The notes under the pieces: generated by a model
What the model was told of the DNA's origin: nothing
The model's input: only the letters and a program-made list of their open reading frames with translations
The model's database searches: none
Translations under genes and position numbers: made by a program
Virus record (IMG/VR): IMGVR_UViG_3300046791_000499
Span: 64,001 to 128,000 of that record
Reading direction: 5' to 3' (one strand)
Origin: a virus
DNA length: 64,000 nt
Shown here: positions 28,255 to 38,085 of the stretch, piece after piece
Position numbering within the stretch: position 1 is the stretch's first letter
Layout of the letters: each line of letters begins with the position of its first letter

Positions 28255-29457
28255 TCACGCGGTGAAGTCGGCGTACAGGACTTGCTCGGGCAGCTTGGCG
28301 ATGACGCCACCGTGGCGCCGGAGCAGCACGTACGTCTGGTTGAGGTAGTCCTCGAAGGGTCCGAAGACCATGGACTCCATGTGCTCCACGTACAGGTTCT
28401 TGCGATCGTCGGTGTAGACGATCCAGCGCGTGGCGGTGCCGGCTTGGTTGCCGAGCATGAGGTTGTCGGAGAACATCGCCGCGGCGATCCACGGGTACTG
28501 CTCGACCGCGCGCTTCCACACGGAGTCGCCTTCGCCGTTGGCACCGAAGTAGGTGTTCTGCATCGCCAGCCGGTCGGCGTGCGGAATCACCGAGTGGGTC
28601 GGACGTCGGCCCTGGTTGCCCAACATGTAGCGGGCTTCGATGGCCGCGAGACGCTGCATCATCTGCACCGCGGTCGGGACCATCGACGAGAACTGCTGAC
28701 CGACCAGGAGCACCATGGCGCCGCTGATCGTGGCGAAGCCTTCGATGTTCTTGTCGGTCGAGCCCCACCAAGAGACGCGCTCGCGGAAGTCGTCGGCAGC
28801 CTCGACCGCCGCGTACTGTCGCTCGCCCTGGAGATCATCGCCGACGATCGCTGCTTCCCAGTCGTCGGGGAGACCCCAGGTGTACTTGCTGGCGTAGTAG
28901 GCCGCGCCGCGGATCTCCTTCTCGTCGGAGTAGTCCGAGTTCGGGACCTCGCGCAGCGCGTTGGGGTCGGCCCAAACGGCCTGCCCGGTGTGCTCGCGGA
29001 TCTTGAACGAGTTCGTCCGGTAGCCGGGCTTGAGCACGTTGCGGGACTGCAACGCCATGACCCGACCAGGACCCGGAACGAACAGCGTCGGCGCTTGCGG
29101 GCGCGTGATGTTCTCGCCGGGGCCACCGACCAACTCGAGCGAACTCGAGGTGAAGTCGGTCACGCCGTCGAACCGAGGATCGATCAACGGCGCAATGTGG
29201 CGCTTGATGATCGCCTTGGCCGCGTCCTGGACCTTCTCCAGCGGGGCGTCCGGCCATTTGCGTCGGAGTGCGGGGACGATCCGCTTCAAGGCCGCATCGC
29301 TGCTGTGCCCGATCTCGAGCCCGAAGCCCGAGTTTGAGAACCCTTGGAACTTGCCCGCCGAGTCGAGTCGGACGTCGTCGAACATGGAATCGTCGAAGAC
29401 GACCGCACGTCCGCCTGCCGCATCGAGCCGAGTGATGAATGGTAGATTGGCGCTCAT
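28255..29457 (-). CDS. Major capsid protein (HK97 fold, DUF2184-like)
   Basis: 400 aa; 'SWWGSTDKNIEGF', 'RRHGGVIAKLPEQVLYAD'; position. Confidence 0.8.
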   Translation of the reverse strand: MSANLPFITRLDAAGGRAVVFDDSMFDDVRLDSAGKFQGFSNSGFGLEIGHSSDAALKRIVPALRRKWPDAPLEKVQDAAKAIIKRHIAPLIDPRFDGVTDFTSSSLELVGGPGENITRPQAPTLFVPGPGRVMALQSRNVLKPGYRTNSFKIREHTGQAVWADPNALREVPNSDYSDEKEIRGAAYYASKYTWGLPDDWEAAIVGDDLQGERQYAAVEAADDFRERVSWWGSTDKNIEGFATISGAMVLLVGQQFSSMVPTAVQMMQRLAAIEARYMLGNQGRRPTHSVIPHADRLAMQNTYFGANGEGDSVWKRAVEQYPWIAAAMFSDNLMLGNQAGTATRWIVYTDDRKNLYVEHMESMVFGPFEDYLNQTYVLLRRHGGVIAKLPEQVLYADFTA

Positions 29458-29474
29458 GAGGTGCTCCTGTGGGA

Positions 29475-30779
29475 TCAGACGTTGGGCGTGACCGGGACCG
29501 CGATACGAGCGCGACCGATGTGGGTGGAGGGGGCGATGAACATTTCACCGCGGGTGGTTCGGGTGTGGGTGCTGACCTCGGGGTTCGTCTCGACGAACGC
29601 GATGGTGCCGGGGCCCAGGTTGGTCACGGTCACGGCGCGGCCATCGGCGGGGCCGGTGAGCGTGATGGTCGAGGTGCCACCACCAGCAACGAGCCCCGTG
29701 AGCGTGGGCTTGAGTGCGAGGGCAGCTTTCAGGCCCGTGACGATCAGCGTGGCGGTCGTGCCGGCGCCGCTGGTGAAGCCAACGTGCTCGGTGACGGTGA
29801 CCCCCAGGTTGTTCACGACCGAGACCTGGAAGGCGTAGTCGGTTGCGTCGACCGCCGTTGGCGTTCCCGTCCACAGGTTCGCCGTGGCACCGACGGCGGC
29901 ACCAGCCGCATCCGTCACCATGCCGGCGAGGTAATCGCCCGCGTCGGTGTGTCGGACGTAGACGGCCTCGGGCCCGTTGCTCAGCGTGATCGCCTTCTCG
30001 CCGTAGGCCGAGATGTGCCCGTACTTGGCGTAGGGGATGTTCTGGCCGGACTTGTACTCGCGGTAGGCGAAGCCGGGCTCGACGGGCTGCGTGTCGGAGC
30101 CCCGGAAGATCGGACCGCGGAAGGTCGCGGCCGACATCGAAGACGTGATCTTGGTGAAGTAGGGGCGGCCCTCCTTGTCGTAGCCGGCGGTCCCCTTGCT
30201 CGTGTCGATCCCGTAGAAGAGACCAACCTTGATCGTGTCGGTGACCGGCGACGCGATGGAGGTCGCCGTGTAGCCATCGCCACCGACGGTGCTGGTGATC
30301 ACGGCCGAGAACGTCGCGCCTGGGACCCGAGCGGTGAGCCGCAACTTGGCCGCGCTCGCGCCGACCGAGGCGACCACGTAGGAGGCGATGTTGCCACCCG
30401 TGTAGGCCCCCGCGATGGTCGTGATCGCAGCGTTGATCGCCTCGATCAATCCGAGCACGGTGTCCGCGGCGGTGTCCGCCGTCGCTACGAACGAGGTGCT
30501 CGCGGGCGCCATCGCATGCGCCGCGGCCGAGGTCCCCGATTGAGTCGTCAGCATCGTGACCGTGACGGTCCACGTTGCCGAAGACGCGAAGGTCCCCGTC
30601 AGTTCGTAGTCGGTGACCTGAACGACCTGTGGGTAGTGGGCAGTCCCGACATCGTTGATCGAGGTGTCGAAGAAACACCCCGGCTCGATGATGGTCTCAT
30701 CCGGGTTGGTGACGCCGTCCGTCTTGAGGAACGGGATGTCGAGATTGTTGGTGAACGGGAACAGGGGTGGAAGTGACAT
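29475..30779 (-). CDS. Capsid decoration/cement protein with inserted beta domains
   Basis: Lies between the protease and capsid genes; 'KYGHISAY', 'AVYVRHT'. Confidence 0.7.
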   Translation of the reverse strand: MSLPPLFPFTNNLDIPFLKTDGVTNPDETIIEPGCFFDTSINDVGTAHYPQVVQVTDYELTGTFASSATWTVTVTMLTTQSGTSAAAHAMAPASTSFVATADTAADTVLGLIEAINAAITTIAGAYTGGNIASYVVASVGASAAKLRLTARVPGATFSAVITSTVGGDGYTATSIASPVTDTIKVGLFYGIDTSKGTAGYDKEGRPYFTKITSSMSAATFRGPIFRGSDTQPVEPGFAYREYKSGQNIPYAKYGHISAYGEKAITLSNGPEAVYVRHTDAGDYLAGMVTDAAGAAVGATANLWTGTPTAVDATDYAFQVSVVNNLGVTVTEHVGFTSGAGTTATLIVTGLKAALALKPTLTGLVAGGGTSTITLTGPADGRAVTVTNLGPGTIAFVETNPEVSTHTRTTRGEMFIAPSTHIGRARIAVPVTPNV

Positions 30780-30782
30780 GGA

Positions 30783-33700
30783 TCAGGCCGCTCCGTGGGG
30801 CTGGGTTGGGGGCGCGCCGACGGGCAACGCCGTGTACTGGTTGCGAACTTGCTGGGCCTTGGCCAGCGGGTCGTCGTCCTGCCGGGTGGCATCGGTCACG
30901 GCATTCGCGGCGCGCAGGCGCTCGACGGATGCAAGGGCTTCGGTGCCCTTGTGGTCACGCCGGTCGAGCATCTCGCGTGCATCGGCCAGTCGCTCTCGCA
31001 CGGCGTAGGAACGGGCCTCGGGGGTCGGAGCCGCATCGATCCGCTTGATGATCGCCTCGGCCTTGTCGCCGTAGGCTTCTCGGATCGCCGCCATCTCCCA
31101 ATCCACGATCGAGAGCGGGAGAGGTTCGCCGGAGGCTGCATCCTTGCGGGGCTCGGGCGTGTACTCGTTGCCTCGGCAGCGAGCCACGAGAGCCATCGAC
31201 TCGGCGATGTGGAGAGCTTGGGCGTTGACCATCCCGAGCGCGTCGGCATGCGAGACCATCTTGGACATCGCGTCGGAGCGCTCGGTCAGCGTGGTCTTGG
31301 CGGCGGCCAATGCCTGCTCGGTCTTGGCGAGGTCGTGCTCGGCCTTATCGGCGCGCTTGCCTGCGCGGTCGGTCCGACCCTCGAGCATGGCTACGTACTC
31401 GGCGACGGCGAGCGGGACCTGGTACTCGGCCTCGCCGACCACCAACGTGGCGAGGTCGCCAGCAACAACGGGGACCTGGACCTCCTCGTTCGCAGCGACA
31501 ACGGCTGGTGCGCCTGCATCCGTCGTCGGCATTGCCGGAGGCACAGGGGGAGCAGCCGCGGCCGGAGCCTTGGGCGCGTCGGGGAACGCCATGCCGAGCG
31601 CGTTGATCTGGTCGGGCGTGAGATCCTCCTCCGACTCCATGAACTTCGCCATGTCTTCGGGCTTGATGCCGATCGCGGTGGCGATGACGTCTTCGGTCAG
31701 GCCGAGCGCCATCGCGGCGGGGATGAGTTTCTTCTTGAGCATGACGACAGAGTCCTGTTGTTGGGTGGGAGGGGCAGGCCGCTTGGCGCTGGCAGAGTCG
31801 AACCGGGTCCAAGAAGGAGGGTCGAAGAACACCGGTTGCACTGGCGGTCTCGCCGAGAGCGCGAGAGCAATGAGTTCGTCGGCGCTGTGCACCCGGATGC
31901 CGGCCGCGTCGGCGCGACCGGTCAGCACCTTGGCCGTGATGGCTGCGCCGTGCGGTTCGCTGGCGAGGCTGTTCCAGGTGATGTTGTCGATCCATTGATC
32001 GAAGGGCCGACCGTAGTCGTCGGTGCCTGGTCCGCGATGGACGCGGCAGCCGTAGGCGACGGAGACCTCGGGCGCCATCGGCTTCTGACCGTTGACCCCT
32101 TCGATCGCGTAACGCAGGGCGGCGTCCCATGCCTTGGCCCACCCGAAGGTGTGAAGTCCATCGTGGTACTCGTCGACCGTGAGCACGACCCCGCGCGCAG
32201 CTCCGAGAACCGTCGACGGGGTGAGCAGGTCGGAACTGTGCCGCAGTTCCCACGGCGAGCCGATGCCCGAGTCCATGGAGGCCCGGTCGAACACGGACTT
32301 GCGCGGCCGGAACTCGCGAATGCCGTTGTAGACCTGGATGTTGTCGGCACGCGAGTACAGCACCGGGTAGGTGACCCAGCCGTAGGGATGGATGATCGGC
32401 GTGCAGTCGGCCGCCATCTCGACGCGGTCGGCTCGGACGATGTCGAAGCTGTTGGTGCGGCTCTCGACGTGGATGGCCGGCGCGTTGCCGGTGGCCAGGA
32501 TCCCCGCGAGAGCACCAGCCATCCCGAGCGCCGAAGCACCGGCAGCGGTTCCGCCGAACTTGATCGCAGCACCGGGGCGCACGTCGATGGTGATGGCGCC
32601 CGCTGCATCCATGGAGATGCGGGTCTCAGCGCCGGGCTTGCCGATCAGCACGCTGCCGTCAGCGCCCACACCGAACAACGCCTGCTGCCCTGGCGCGGCA
32701 TCCTTCGCTGCCTTGGCAGCTTCGATCTGGCGGAGTCGCTCTCGAGCCTCGGCCTCGGTGTCGTAGGGGCCGAGTTCTTTGTACCCGTCCGCTGAGAGCA
32801 CGACCCACTTGCCGTTCCGTTCCTCGATCCGGTCGTAGTGCTCAGCACCGTCGAAGACGTACCGCTCGCCTGCGCGCCAGATCTCGATGGAATCGACCGG
32901 CCAGGATCCAGTCGGGACGGTGCCGGTCCAGTCGGTTCCGGGCTCGATGTAGCCGAGGGTGGCGTGGGGCTTCCATGACTCGCCGAGTCGAGAGACGTCG
33001 AGGCCAGCGGAGGCGAGCGCTTGGGCGAGCGCGCCTTGGGCAGCCACGCAGACGGGGGCAACGTCGACAGCGCAGTGAGCCACGCGCATGTCGTTGTCGA
33101 AGTAGGAGAGCGGTCCGAGGTTGACCTGCGAGCCCAGCATGGTCGGTGCCACAGCCCGGACGGCCTCCATGGCTGCGGCCAGTTGTTCCTCGCTGGTGTG
33201 CTTGACGTAGACGCAGGTGACGTGGGGAGCACCGACCTCGGCGTCCTCGGGGAATTGCGCAGCGATGGCGGCTGGGATCGGCAGAACGACGCAGAGCGAG
33301 TCGGCCGCGAAGTCTTGGCGTGCCATCGGCAGCACTTCGACCCGCATGACATCGACGGGGCCGAATACTACGACCTCGCGCTCGGTGGCGATCGCATTGC
33401 GCAGCGGCTCGTTCCAGATCGGGTGGACCTGGTCAGCGATGGCCGAGATCTTGGCGATGGCGTCAGCATCGAGCAGGAGCGCGTCCGGGGACACGCTGCC
33501 GTGCATGATTGCACCGACCTTGGCGTTGTTGATGTCGCCGGTCGGGATGTAGTCCCCGCTCGAGAACTTGGTCGCCTGCTCGAGCGACGTGGTCCAGGAC
33601 TTGTCGCGAGTCGCGTCTGACTCGCCAACGAGCTTCCCGGCGATGCTCGGCGAGATGTTCGACAGGCCGCGGTAGATGCGGTCGGTCTCGGGCGCGCGCA

Positions 33701-34175
33701 GGTATGGGTACTTATCGCGCAGCCCGAGCAGCACTTGGATGCGCGGCTGCGAGAGCTTTTGCCCGTGCGAGTAGTGCTCGACCAGCCACCCGTGGATCGT
33801 CGCTTCATCTGGCTCGCCGTCCTGCCGAGCGTTGAAGTCGTCGAGCAGCCCCTTGGCTGCCTTGGTCGCTCGCTCGCGAACATCGGCCGGCACGTCGAGC
33901 GGGGTGCCCTGACCAAGCCGGCTCAGCGCTGCACGCAGGGCAGCCGCGTTGATGACCATCTCGCCGTCGACGATGTCGCCAACCGGCATGTGGAGATCGC
34001 CCTTGAGCTTGGTCGACGGGTCCGCGATCAGGTAGGCGGCGGAGACCTTGTCGAAGTCGAGTTCGCCTGCAGCGTTGGATGCCCACGCGAACAGGCGCTT
34101 TTCGGCCGCGCCGCTGTCCCAAGGCTGGTCGATGATCTGGGCCTTGGTGTTGAGCGTGATGCGGAAGTCAGCCAC
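30783..34175 (-). CDS. Multidomain head protease/scaffold (DUF2213-like) fused to ADP-ribosyltransferase and 2H phosphoesterase domains
   Basis: GGAGG RBS before GTG; ART R-S-E motifs (IYRG, KSWTTS, EREVV); HVT and HAT 2H motifs; DUF2213-like 'REFRP..VFD..S', 'EVSVAY'; C-terminal coiled coil. Confidence 0.85.
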   Translation of the reverse strand: MADFRITLNTKAQIIDQPWDSGAAEKRLFAWASNAAGELDFDKVSAAYLIADPSTKLKGDLHMPVGDIVDGEMVINAAALRAALSRLGQGTPLDVPADVRERATKAAKGLLDDFNARQDGEPDEATIHGWLVEHYSHGQKLSQPRIQVLLGLRDKYPYLRAPETDRIYRGLSNISPSIAGKLVGESDATRDKSWTTSLEQATKFSSGDYIPTGDINNAKVGAIMHGSVSPDALLLDADAIAKISAIADQVHPIWNEPLRNAIATEREVVVFGPVDVMRVEVLPMARQDFAADSLCVVLPIPAAIAAQFPEDAEVGAPHVTCVYVKHTSEEQLAAAMEAVRAVAPTMLGSQVNLGPLSYFDNDMRVAHCAVDVAPVCVAAQGALAQALASAGLDVSRLGESWKPHATLGYIEPGTDWTGTVPTGSWPVDSIEIWRAGERYVFDGAEHYDRIEERNGKWVVLSADGYKELGPYDTEAEARERLRQIEAAKAAKDAAPGQQALFGVGADGSVLIGKPGAETRISMDAAGAITIDVRPGAAIKFGGTAAGASALGMAGALAGILATGNAPAIHVESRTNSFDIVRADRVEMAADCTPIIHPYGWVTYPVLYSRADNIQVYNGIREFRPRKSVFDRASMDSGIGSPWELRHSSDLLTPSTVLGAARGVVLTVDEYHDGLHTFGWAKAWDAALRYAIEGVNGQKPMAPEVSVAYGCRVHRGPGTDDYGRPFDQWIDNITWNSLASEPHGAAITAKVLTGRADAAGIRVHSADELIALALSARPPVQPVFFDPPSWTRFDSASAKRPAPPTQQQDSVVMLKKKLIPAAMALGLTEDVIATAIGIKPEDMAKFMESEEDLTPDQINALGMAFPDAPKAPAAAAPPVPPAMPTTDAGAPAVVAANEEVQVPVVAGDLATLVVGEAEYQVPLAVAEYVAMLEGRTDRAGKRADKAEHDLAKTEQALAAAKTTLTERSDAMSKMVSHADALGMVNAQALHIAESMALVARCRGNEYTPEPRKDAASGEPLPLSIVDWEMAAIREAYGDKAEAIIKRIDAAPTPEARSYAVRERLADAREMLDRRDHKGTEALASVERLRAANAVTDATRQDDDPLAKAQQVRNQYTALPVGAPPTQPHGAA

Positions 34176-34385
34176 GGCGGACCTCCGTCGCGGTGTTGCA
34201 CTTCGGGCATGCGTCGGCAGGGAAGTCGGGGTGCAGTTCGCAGCGGAGTGCGGGCGCAACAACACCGACGCGACCGCCACTATCTCGGCGCGTCTGCCAT
34301 TCGCCTGCGTTTTGCTGGGGACCCGAATCGACCACTTAGGCAGGCAGCCTAGGGGCTACATTTACAGGACGGCAAACATGGCCCG

Positions 34386-34415
34386 TTGCGCGCCGCGGTA
34401 CGGCCGAGATAGAAT
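34386..34415 (+). promoter_or_regulatory. Sigma70-like promoter for a leaderless gene
   Basis: TTGCGC-18 nt-TAGAAT, 6 nt before GTG at 34422. Confidence 0.6.
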
Positions 34416-34421
34416 CCGCGA

Positions 34422-34757
34422 GTGACGGCCGGGACTCGACGGATGCTCGCAAACATCGTGGCCGACGATGACCTGCGAGGCAGTTCGAGCGGACGCCCGA
34501 TTCTCTACGGTTTCGGATACCGGTATCTGCTCCGAATTGGTCGGGTTGCCGGGCGGAAGACGTTGAGGCGGACCATCCTCCGCGGAGTGCCACTTCACGA
34601 CCCGATCATCGCGATCGCATGGGGGCTGGCCCGTCGAGGCAAGCGGGATCTCGCTGCTGCTGTGCTTCGGGAATTCGGCTACTCGAGCGAGTACCGGGTC
34701 TGCCGTCGGTCGATCTTCCAGGTCGCAATCGCTCGGGCGAAGCCGGTCACGCCCTGA
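34422..34757 (+). CDS. Basic hypothetical protein
   Basis: ORF directly after the promoter. Confidence 0.55.
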   Translation: MTAGTRRMLANIVADDDLRGSSSGRPILYGFGYRYLLRIGRVAGRKTLRRTILRGVPLHDPIIAIAWGLARRGKRDLAAAVLREFGYSSEYRVCRRSIFQVAIARAKPVTP

Positions 34758-34778
34758 CCGGCGGGGCGGCCTACCTGG

Positions 34779-36173
34779 TCATGGGTTCCGGCTCCGGGTG
34801 TGTTCGAGCGCAAACGCCTGGATGTTGGCCACGATGCGCTGGCGAAAGTCGCCGTCGCGCTCGTCTGGGTTTCGCGTCAGCCCGCGAACCTGCCCGATGC
34901 CGTCGAGCGCCTGGCCCGTGGCGCGAGGCACCACGATCACCTGGGTTCGACGTGTTCGGAATAGCCGAGCCTCGGCATGCTCGATCTCGCCGCGACGCCA
35001 GCGTGGAAGTTGCAGCCATTCGCGCCTCTCGTGCTCGCGATGAGGCCGTGCCGAGATGCGCTCATCCAGGCTCGGGCGGTCGGCCGCTGGCATCGTGACC
35101 AGGAACTCGGGTCCGCAGTACAGGCTATCGGCGTACTCGCGGTGCTTGCCTCGGTCGACCACCCGGGTCGCAGGGCCTCCGAAGCGGGCATGCTCGCCGG
35201 GGATTGGGATCGTGTCGACCAGGTCGGAGAGATCCCGATCTTCGTCGTACAGCCTCCGGGTCCACTCGCTGCGGCTGCGATCGTCTCGGGCACTCGGCGT
35301 TCGTTGCGAGTCGGCCACAACAACCGCCACGGCCGTCGACCATGTGATCTTCGGCAGCACTCCGGTGAGATTGTGCCCCGTACCTCGGCACGTCGGGCAC
35401 CGACCGCGGATCGATTCACCCACGGCAGCCTCGCGCGGCTGGCCGTCCTCACCGATGATCGTCAGCCCAGGAACCGCAACCACCGAGATGCGGGTGTGCG
35501 GTGTGATCGCCAGGCCCGGTCCCGTCTCGCCGATCCCATCGCATCCGAGGCAGTCGCTGGGCTGGCCCTCGAGCGCCTCGAGCAGCAGTCGGCCGAGATG
35601 GGCGATGGCCTTGCCATTGGCGACGCCGGGCGGGATGCCGTGCTTGCGGGTGAATCCGCGACCCTTGCAGGCGGTGCAACGCCGACTCCAGACCTCGGTC
35701 GGCTCCTCACCATCATCCGTCGGAAAAGTGCCGCCGGTTTGCTCCCAGCCTTCGAGGGCGAACGTAGCGTGGGCAATGGCACGAGTGACCCCGTGCTGCT
35801 TCTCTTCGTACCCATTCCCCTTGCACTCCTTGCATCGCTCCCACCCGTACTCGCTAGCGAGCGGACCTGGCCAACCACCTGCCTGTGGGAAGCGAAGGGG
35901 ATGCGGAGTCTCGAACGCGGCCCCGTCTTCGATGTACGACTGCGCCGCATCGAGGCATCCGCTCCGAGTCAGGTGCACCGTCGTGGCGACCACGGATCCG
36001 TACGTCGCGCCGATCTTCCACTTGGTCTGCCATCGCCTGCCAGCATCTCCGATCGTGACGTGCTCGAGCGTGATCGTAGCGCATGCCTCCGCGATCAGCC
36101 GAGCGACCTGCATCCGGTTGCGGCGCAGCCTCATGGTCTTGGATTGCTTCGCCTGTCCCACTACAACCAGCAC
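34779..36173 (-). CDS. Multi Zn-finger (4x CxxCxGxG) protein with C-terminal baseplate wedge-like segment
   Basis: CKECKGNG, CTACKGRG, CLGCDGIG, CPTCRGTG; 'ATGQALDGIGQVRGLTRNPDERDGDFRQRI'; start uncertain. Confidence 0.75.
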   Translation of the reverse strand: MLVVVGQAKQSKTMRLRRNRMQVARLIAEACATITLEHVTIGDAGRRWQTKWKIGATYGSVVATTVHLTRSGCLDAAQSYIEDGAAFETPHPLRFPQAGGWPGPLASEYGWERCKECKGNGYEEKQHGVTRAIAHATFALEGWEQTGGTFPTDDGEEPTEVWSRRCTACKGRGFTRKHGIPPGVANGKAIAHLGRLLLEALEGQPSDCLGCDGIGETGPGLAITPHTRISVVAVPGLTIIGEDGQPREAAVGESIRGRCPTCRGTGHNLTGVLPKITWSTAVAVVVADSQRTPSARDDRSRSEWTRRLYDEDRDLSDLVDTIPIPGEHARFGGPATRVVDRGKHREYADSLYCGPEFLVTMPAADRPSLDERISARPHREHERREWLQLPRWRRGEIEHAEARLFRTRRTQVIVVPRATGQALDGIGQVRGLTRNPDERDGDFRQRIVANIQAFALEHTRSRNP

Positions 36174-36379
36174 TCCACGATCACGGGATCGTCAGTGGTG
36201 GAACGCGAAACACAGATGTGGCCGCTCGGGACTGCCAGTCGGGCCGCCTGGAGATCATCGACCACGGCGAGCGGTACTTGGTCGGGCTTCTCGCCAACCC
36301 AGCGCCTCACCACGAACTTGTCGGGGTAGTCCTTGGGGTTGTCGTAGATCGCGTAGAATTCACCAACCGTCACCGTCAT
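36161..36379 (-). CDS. Conserved small phage protein
   Basis: 'IYDNPKDYPDKFVVRRW...DDPVIVECWL'. Confidence 0.75.
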   Translation of the reverse strand: MTVTVGEFYAIYDNPKDYPDKFVVRRWVGEKPDQVPLAVVDDLQAARLAVPSGHICVSRSTTDDPVIVECWL

Positions 36380-37137
36380 GGGCTTGTGCTCTCCTCGGCC
36401 TTGGCCGGCGTAATCATGTCGAGCGTCGGGCTGACCTCGTGGAAGCCGTGGAACGAGACGATGTCGAGCACCACGTACTCGGACGACCGCTCGCCCAAGC
36501 GGTTCCACGTCGCACACCGCTCATCCCATTCGAGATCGCTGATCTGGTCGGGTTTGTCCGTATTGTTCCAATAGCCGTACTCCTCGAGCCCGGTGTACTC
36601 ACGGAGGAAGTCGAGCACGCCGCCCATGAGGCTGGCGCCGTCGCAGTAGGGGATCAGGTAGTACCGGCCACCGAGTTCGCGGATGGCGACCGAGACGCCG
36701 AGGTTCCACTTGCTGCGCTGGAAACTGCTCAACTGCGCGCCGTACTTCTGCGTGACCCAGGGGTCGACATCGAGCACGTCCAGCGGGCGAGCATCGTAGC
36801 CATCGCCGTGGAGGTCAGCGAGGATCTGCGCGTTGACGACCGACACCCGCGAGACCGGCTTGACCCCGATGCGCTTCTCAGCGGACCGCATGTACATGCT
36901 CACCGATACGACCCGATCGCTCGTGTCCTTGGTCTCCTCACGCCAGACCTCGAAGTCAGCATTTGCTCGCATGAACCATGTGGACAGCGCCTCTGCTCGC
37001 CCTTCGATGATGTCGCGGTAGACCTCGGCTAGCCGAGCACGAGCAGCGGTTTGGCCCTCGCGCTTGATCGTGAACAGGATCGGCCAGAGCGGGAAGCCCT
37101 CGCGGACGCGGTACGCCTCGTAGATTTTGGTGCTCAT
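36376..37137 (-). CDS. Conserved phage hypothetical protein
   Basis: 'MSTKIYEAY', 'YGYWNNTDKPD..S..EW.ER...W'. Confidence 0.75.
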   Translation of the reverse strand: MSTKIYEAYRVREGFPLWPILFTIKREGQTAARARLAEVYRDIIEGRAEALSTWFMRANADFEVWREETKDTSDRVVSVSMYMRSAEKRIGVKPVSRVSVVNAQILADLHGDGYDARPLDVLDVDPWVTQKYGAQLSSFQRSKWNLGVSVAIRELGGRYYLIPYCDGASLMGGVLDFLREYTGLEEYGYWNNTDKPDQISDLEWDERCATWNRLGERSSEYVVLDIVSFHGFHEVSPTLDMITPAKAEESTSP

Positions 37138-37409
37138 CGTGTCTTTCGTTTCTTGCGAACGCTGCCGTAGGTCATGCGGAACCCATCGTCGGTCAGGTTG
37201 AAGGCCCGCGGATTTCCGGGCTCGACCACGGCCAACCCCATGCCGACCAGTTCGGTCCACTCGGTGAAGTCGTCCGAGTCCGTCTCTGCGCAGTAGTAGT
37301 TGCGGTGGCCTCGGAGCATGCCGCCGGTGGCGTAGCGCATCATGTCGAGATGTCGTTGCGTGACCTTCGGCGTGTACCGGATCGGATCAGGTGGGGCGTG
37401 GTTGGTCAC
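37134..37409 (-). CDS. Small wHTH-like hypothetical protein
   Basis: 'HRNYYCA...W..LV..GLA...F.LTD.G'. Confidence 0.65.
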   Translation of the reverse strand: MTNHAPPDPIRYTPKVTQRHLDMMRYATGGMLRGHRNYYCAETDSDDFTEWTELVGMGLAVVEPGNPRAFNLTDDGFRMTYGSVRKKRKTR

Positions 37410-37424
37410 GATGCATCCGACCGC

Positions 37425-37748
37425 TCAGGAAGTTGGCGGATTCCTGGCGGCCACATGAGCATCCAGGTCACGAATGCGGCGTCGGATCTCGTCGCGCCCA
37501 TCGTATGCGTGGACCGTCTCCCGCCCATTGGCGATGGACCACGAGATGTTGTCAGTGGCTTGCTGCTCGAGCGCGACAAGCCGCTCGCGCTCGCGGATCT
37601 CGACCGGTACAACCACCGCCAGCCGAGTTGCTCGGCGCTCGGCGATCCTCCGCGCACGCTGCCGAGCCCGACGCCACCGGCGAAGGTCTGGGTCGACGAG
37701 CAGCCAGACGAGTAGGCCCGCGGCGAGGATGACCAACTGCTCGAGCAT
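37425..37748 (-). CDS. Membrane-anchored hypothetical protein
   Basis: N-terminal TM segment. Confidence 0.5.
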   Translation of the reverse strand: MLEQLVILAAGLLVWLLVDPDLRRWRRARQRARRIAERRATRLAVVVPVEIRERERLVALEQQATDNISWSIANGRETVHAYDGRDEIRRRIRDLDAHVAARNPPTS

Positions 37749-37836
37749 CAATACGGCTCCCACCAGAGATGGCCCCACAGCCACGCGATGTCACTGCTGA
37801 CGTGCACGGGCTCTCGCTGGAGTAGCTGGTACGGCG

Positions 37837-38085
37837 TCATGCTCGTGCTCGTCGGCTCGCGTGCGCGATGATCCCATCGTAGGTCTCGCGCATCTCGTCT
37901 TCGGTGTAGTTGCGAGAGTCCCACTCGTTGGTGCCACCCTCGCGGGCGTACCTCTCGTGTGAAGCCCGGAACATGTCGCGCCACTTCTCGAACCCGAGCC
38001 CGCGCAATTCCTTCACACAGTCTGGTCCGTCGTCGATCTCGCGCAGGTACCTGGCGATGGCCTCGTGAACGGTCAGCCTGCTCAT
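37837..38085 (-). CDS. Hypothetical protein
   Basis: ATGA-coupled ORF. Confidence 0.6.
   Translation of the reverse strand: MSRLTVHEAIARYLREIDDGPDCVKELRGLGFEKWRDMFRASHERYAREGGTNEWDSRNYTEDEMRETYDGIIAHASRRARA

Noticed and set aside
35056-37032. Long plus-strand ORFs (also 30795-32795, 49789-52146, 52799-54568, 58688-60421)
   Set aside because: Antisense shadows of well-supported minus-strand genes in high-GC DNA, with R/S/P/A-rich low-information translations
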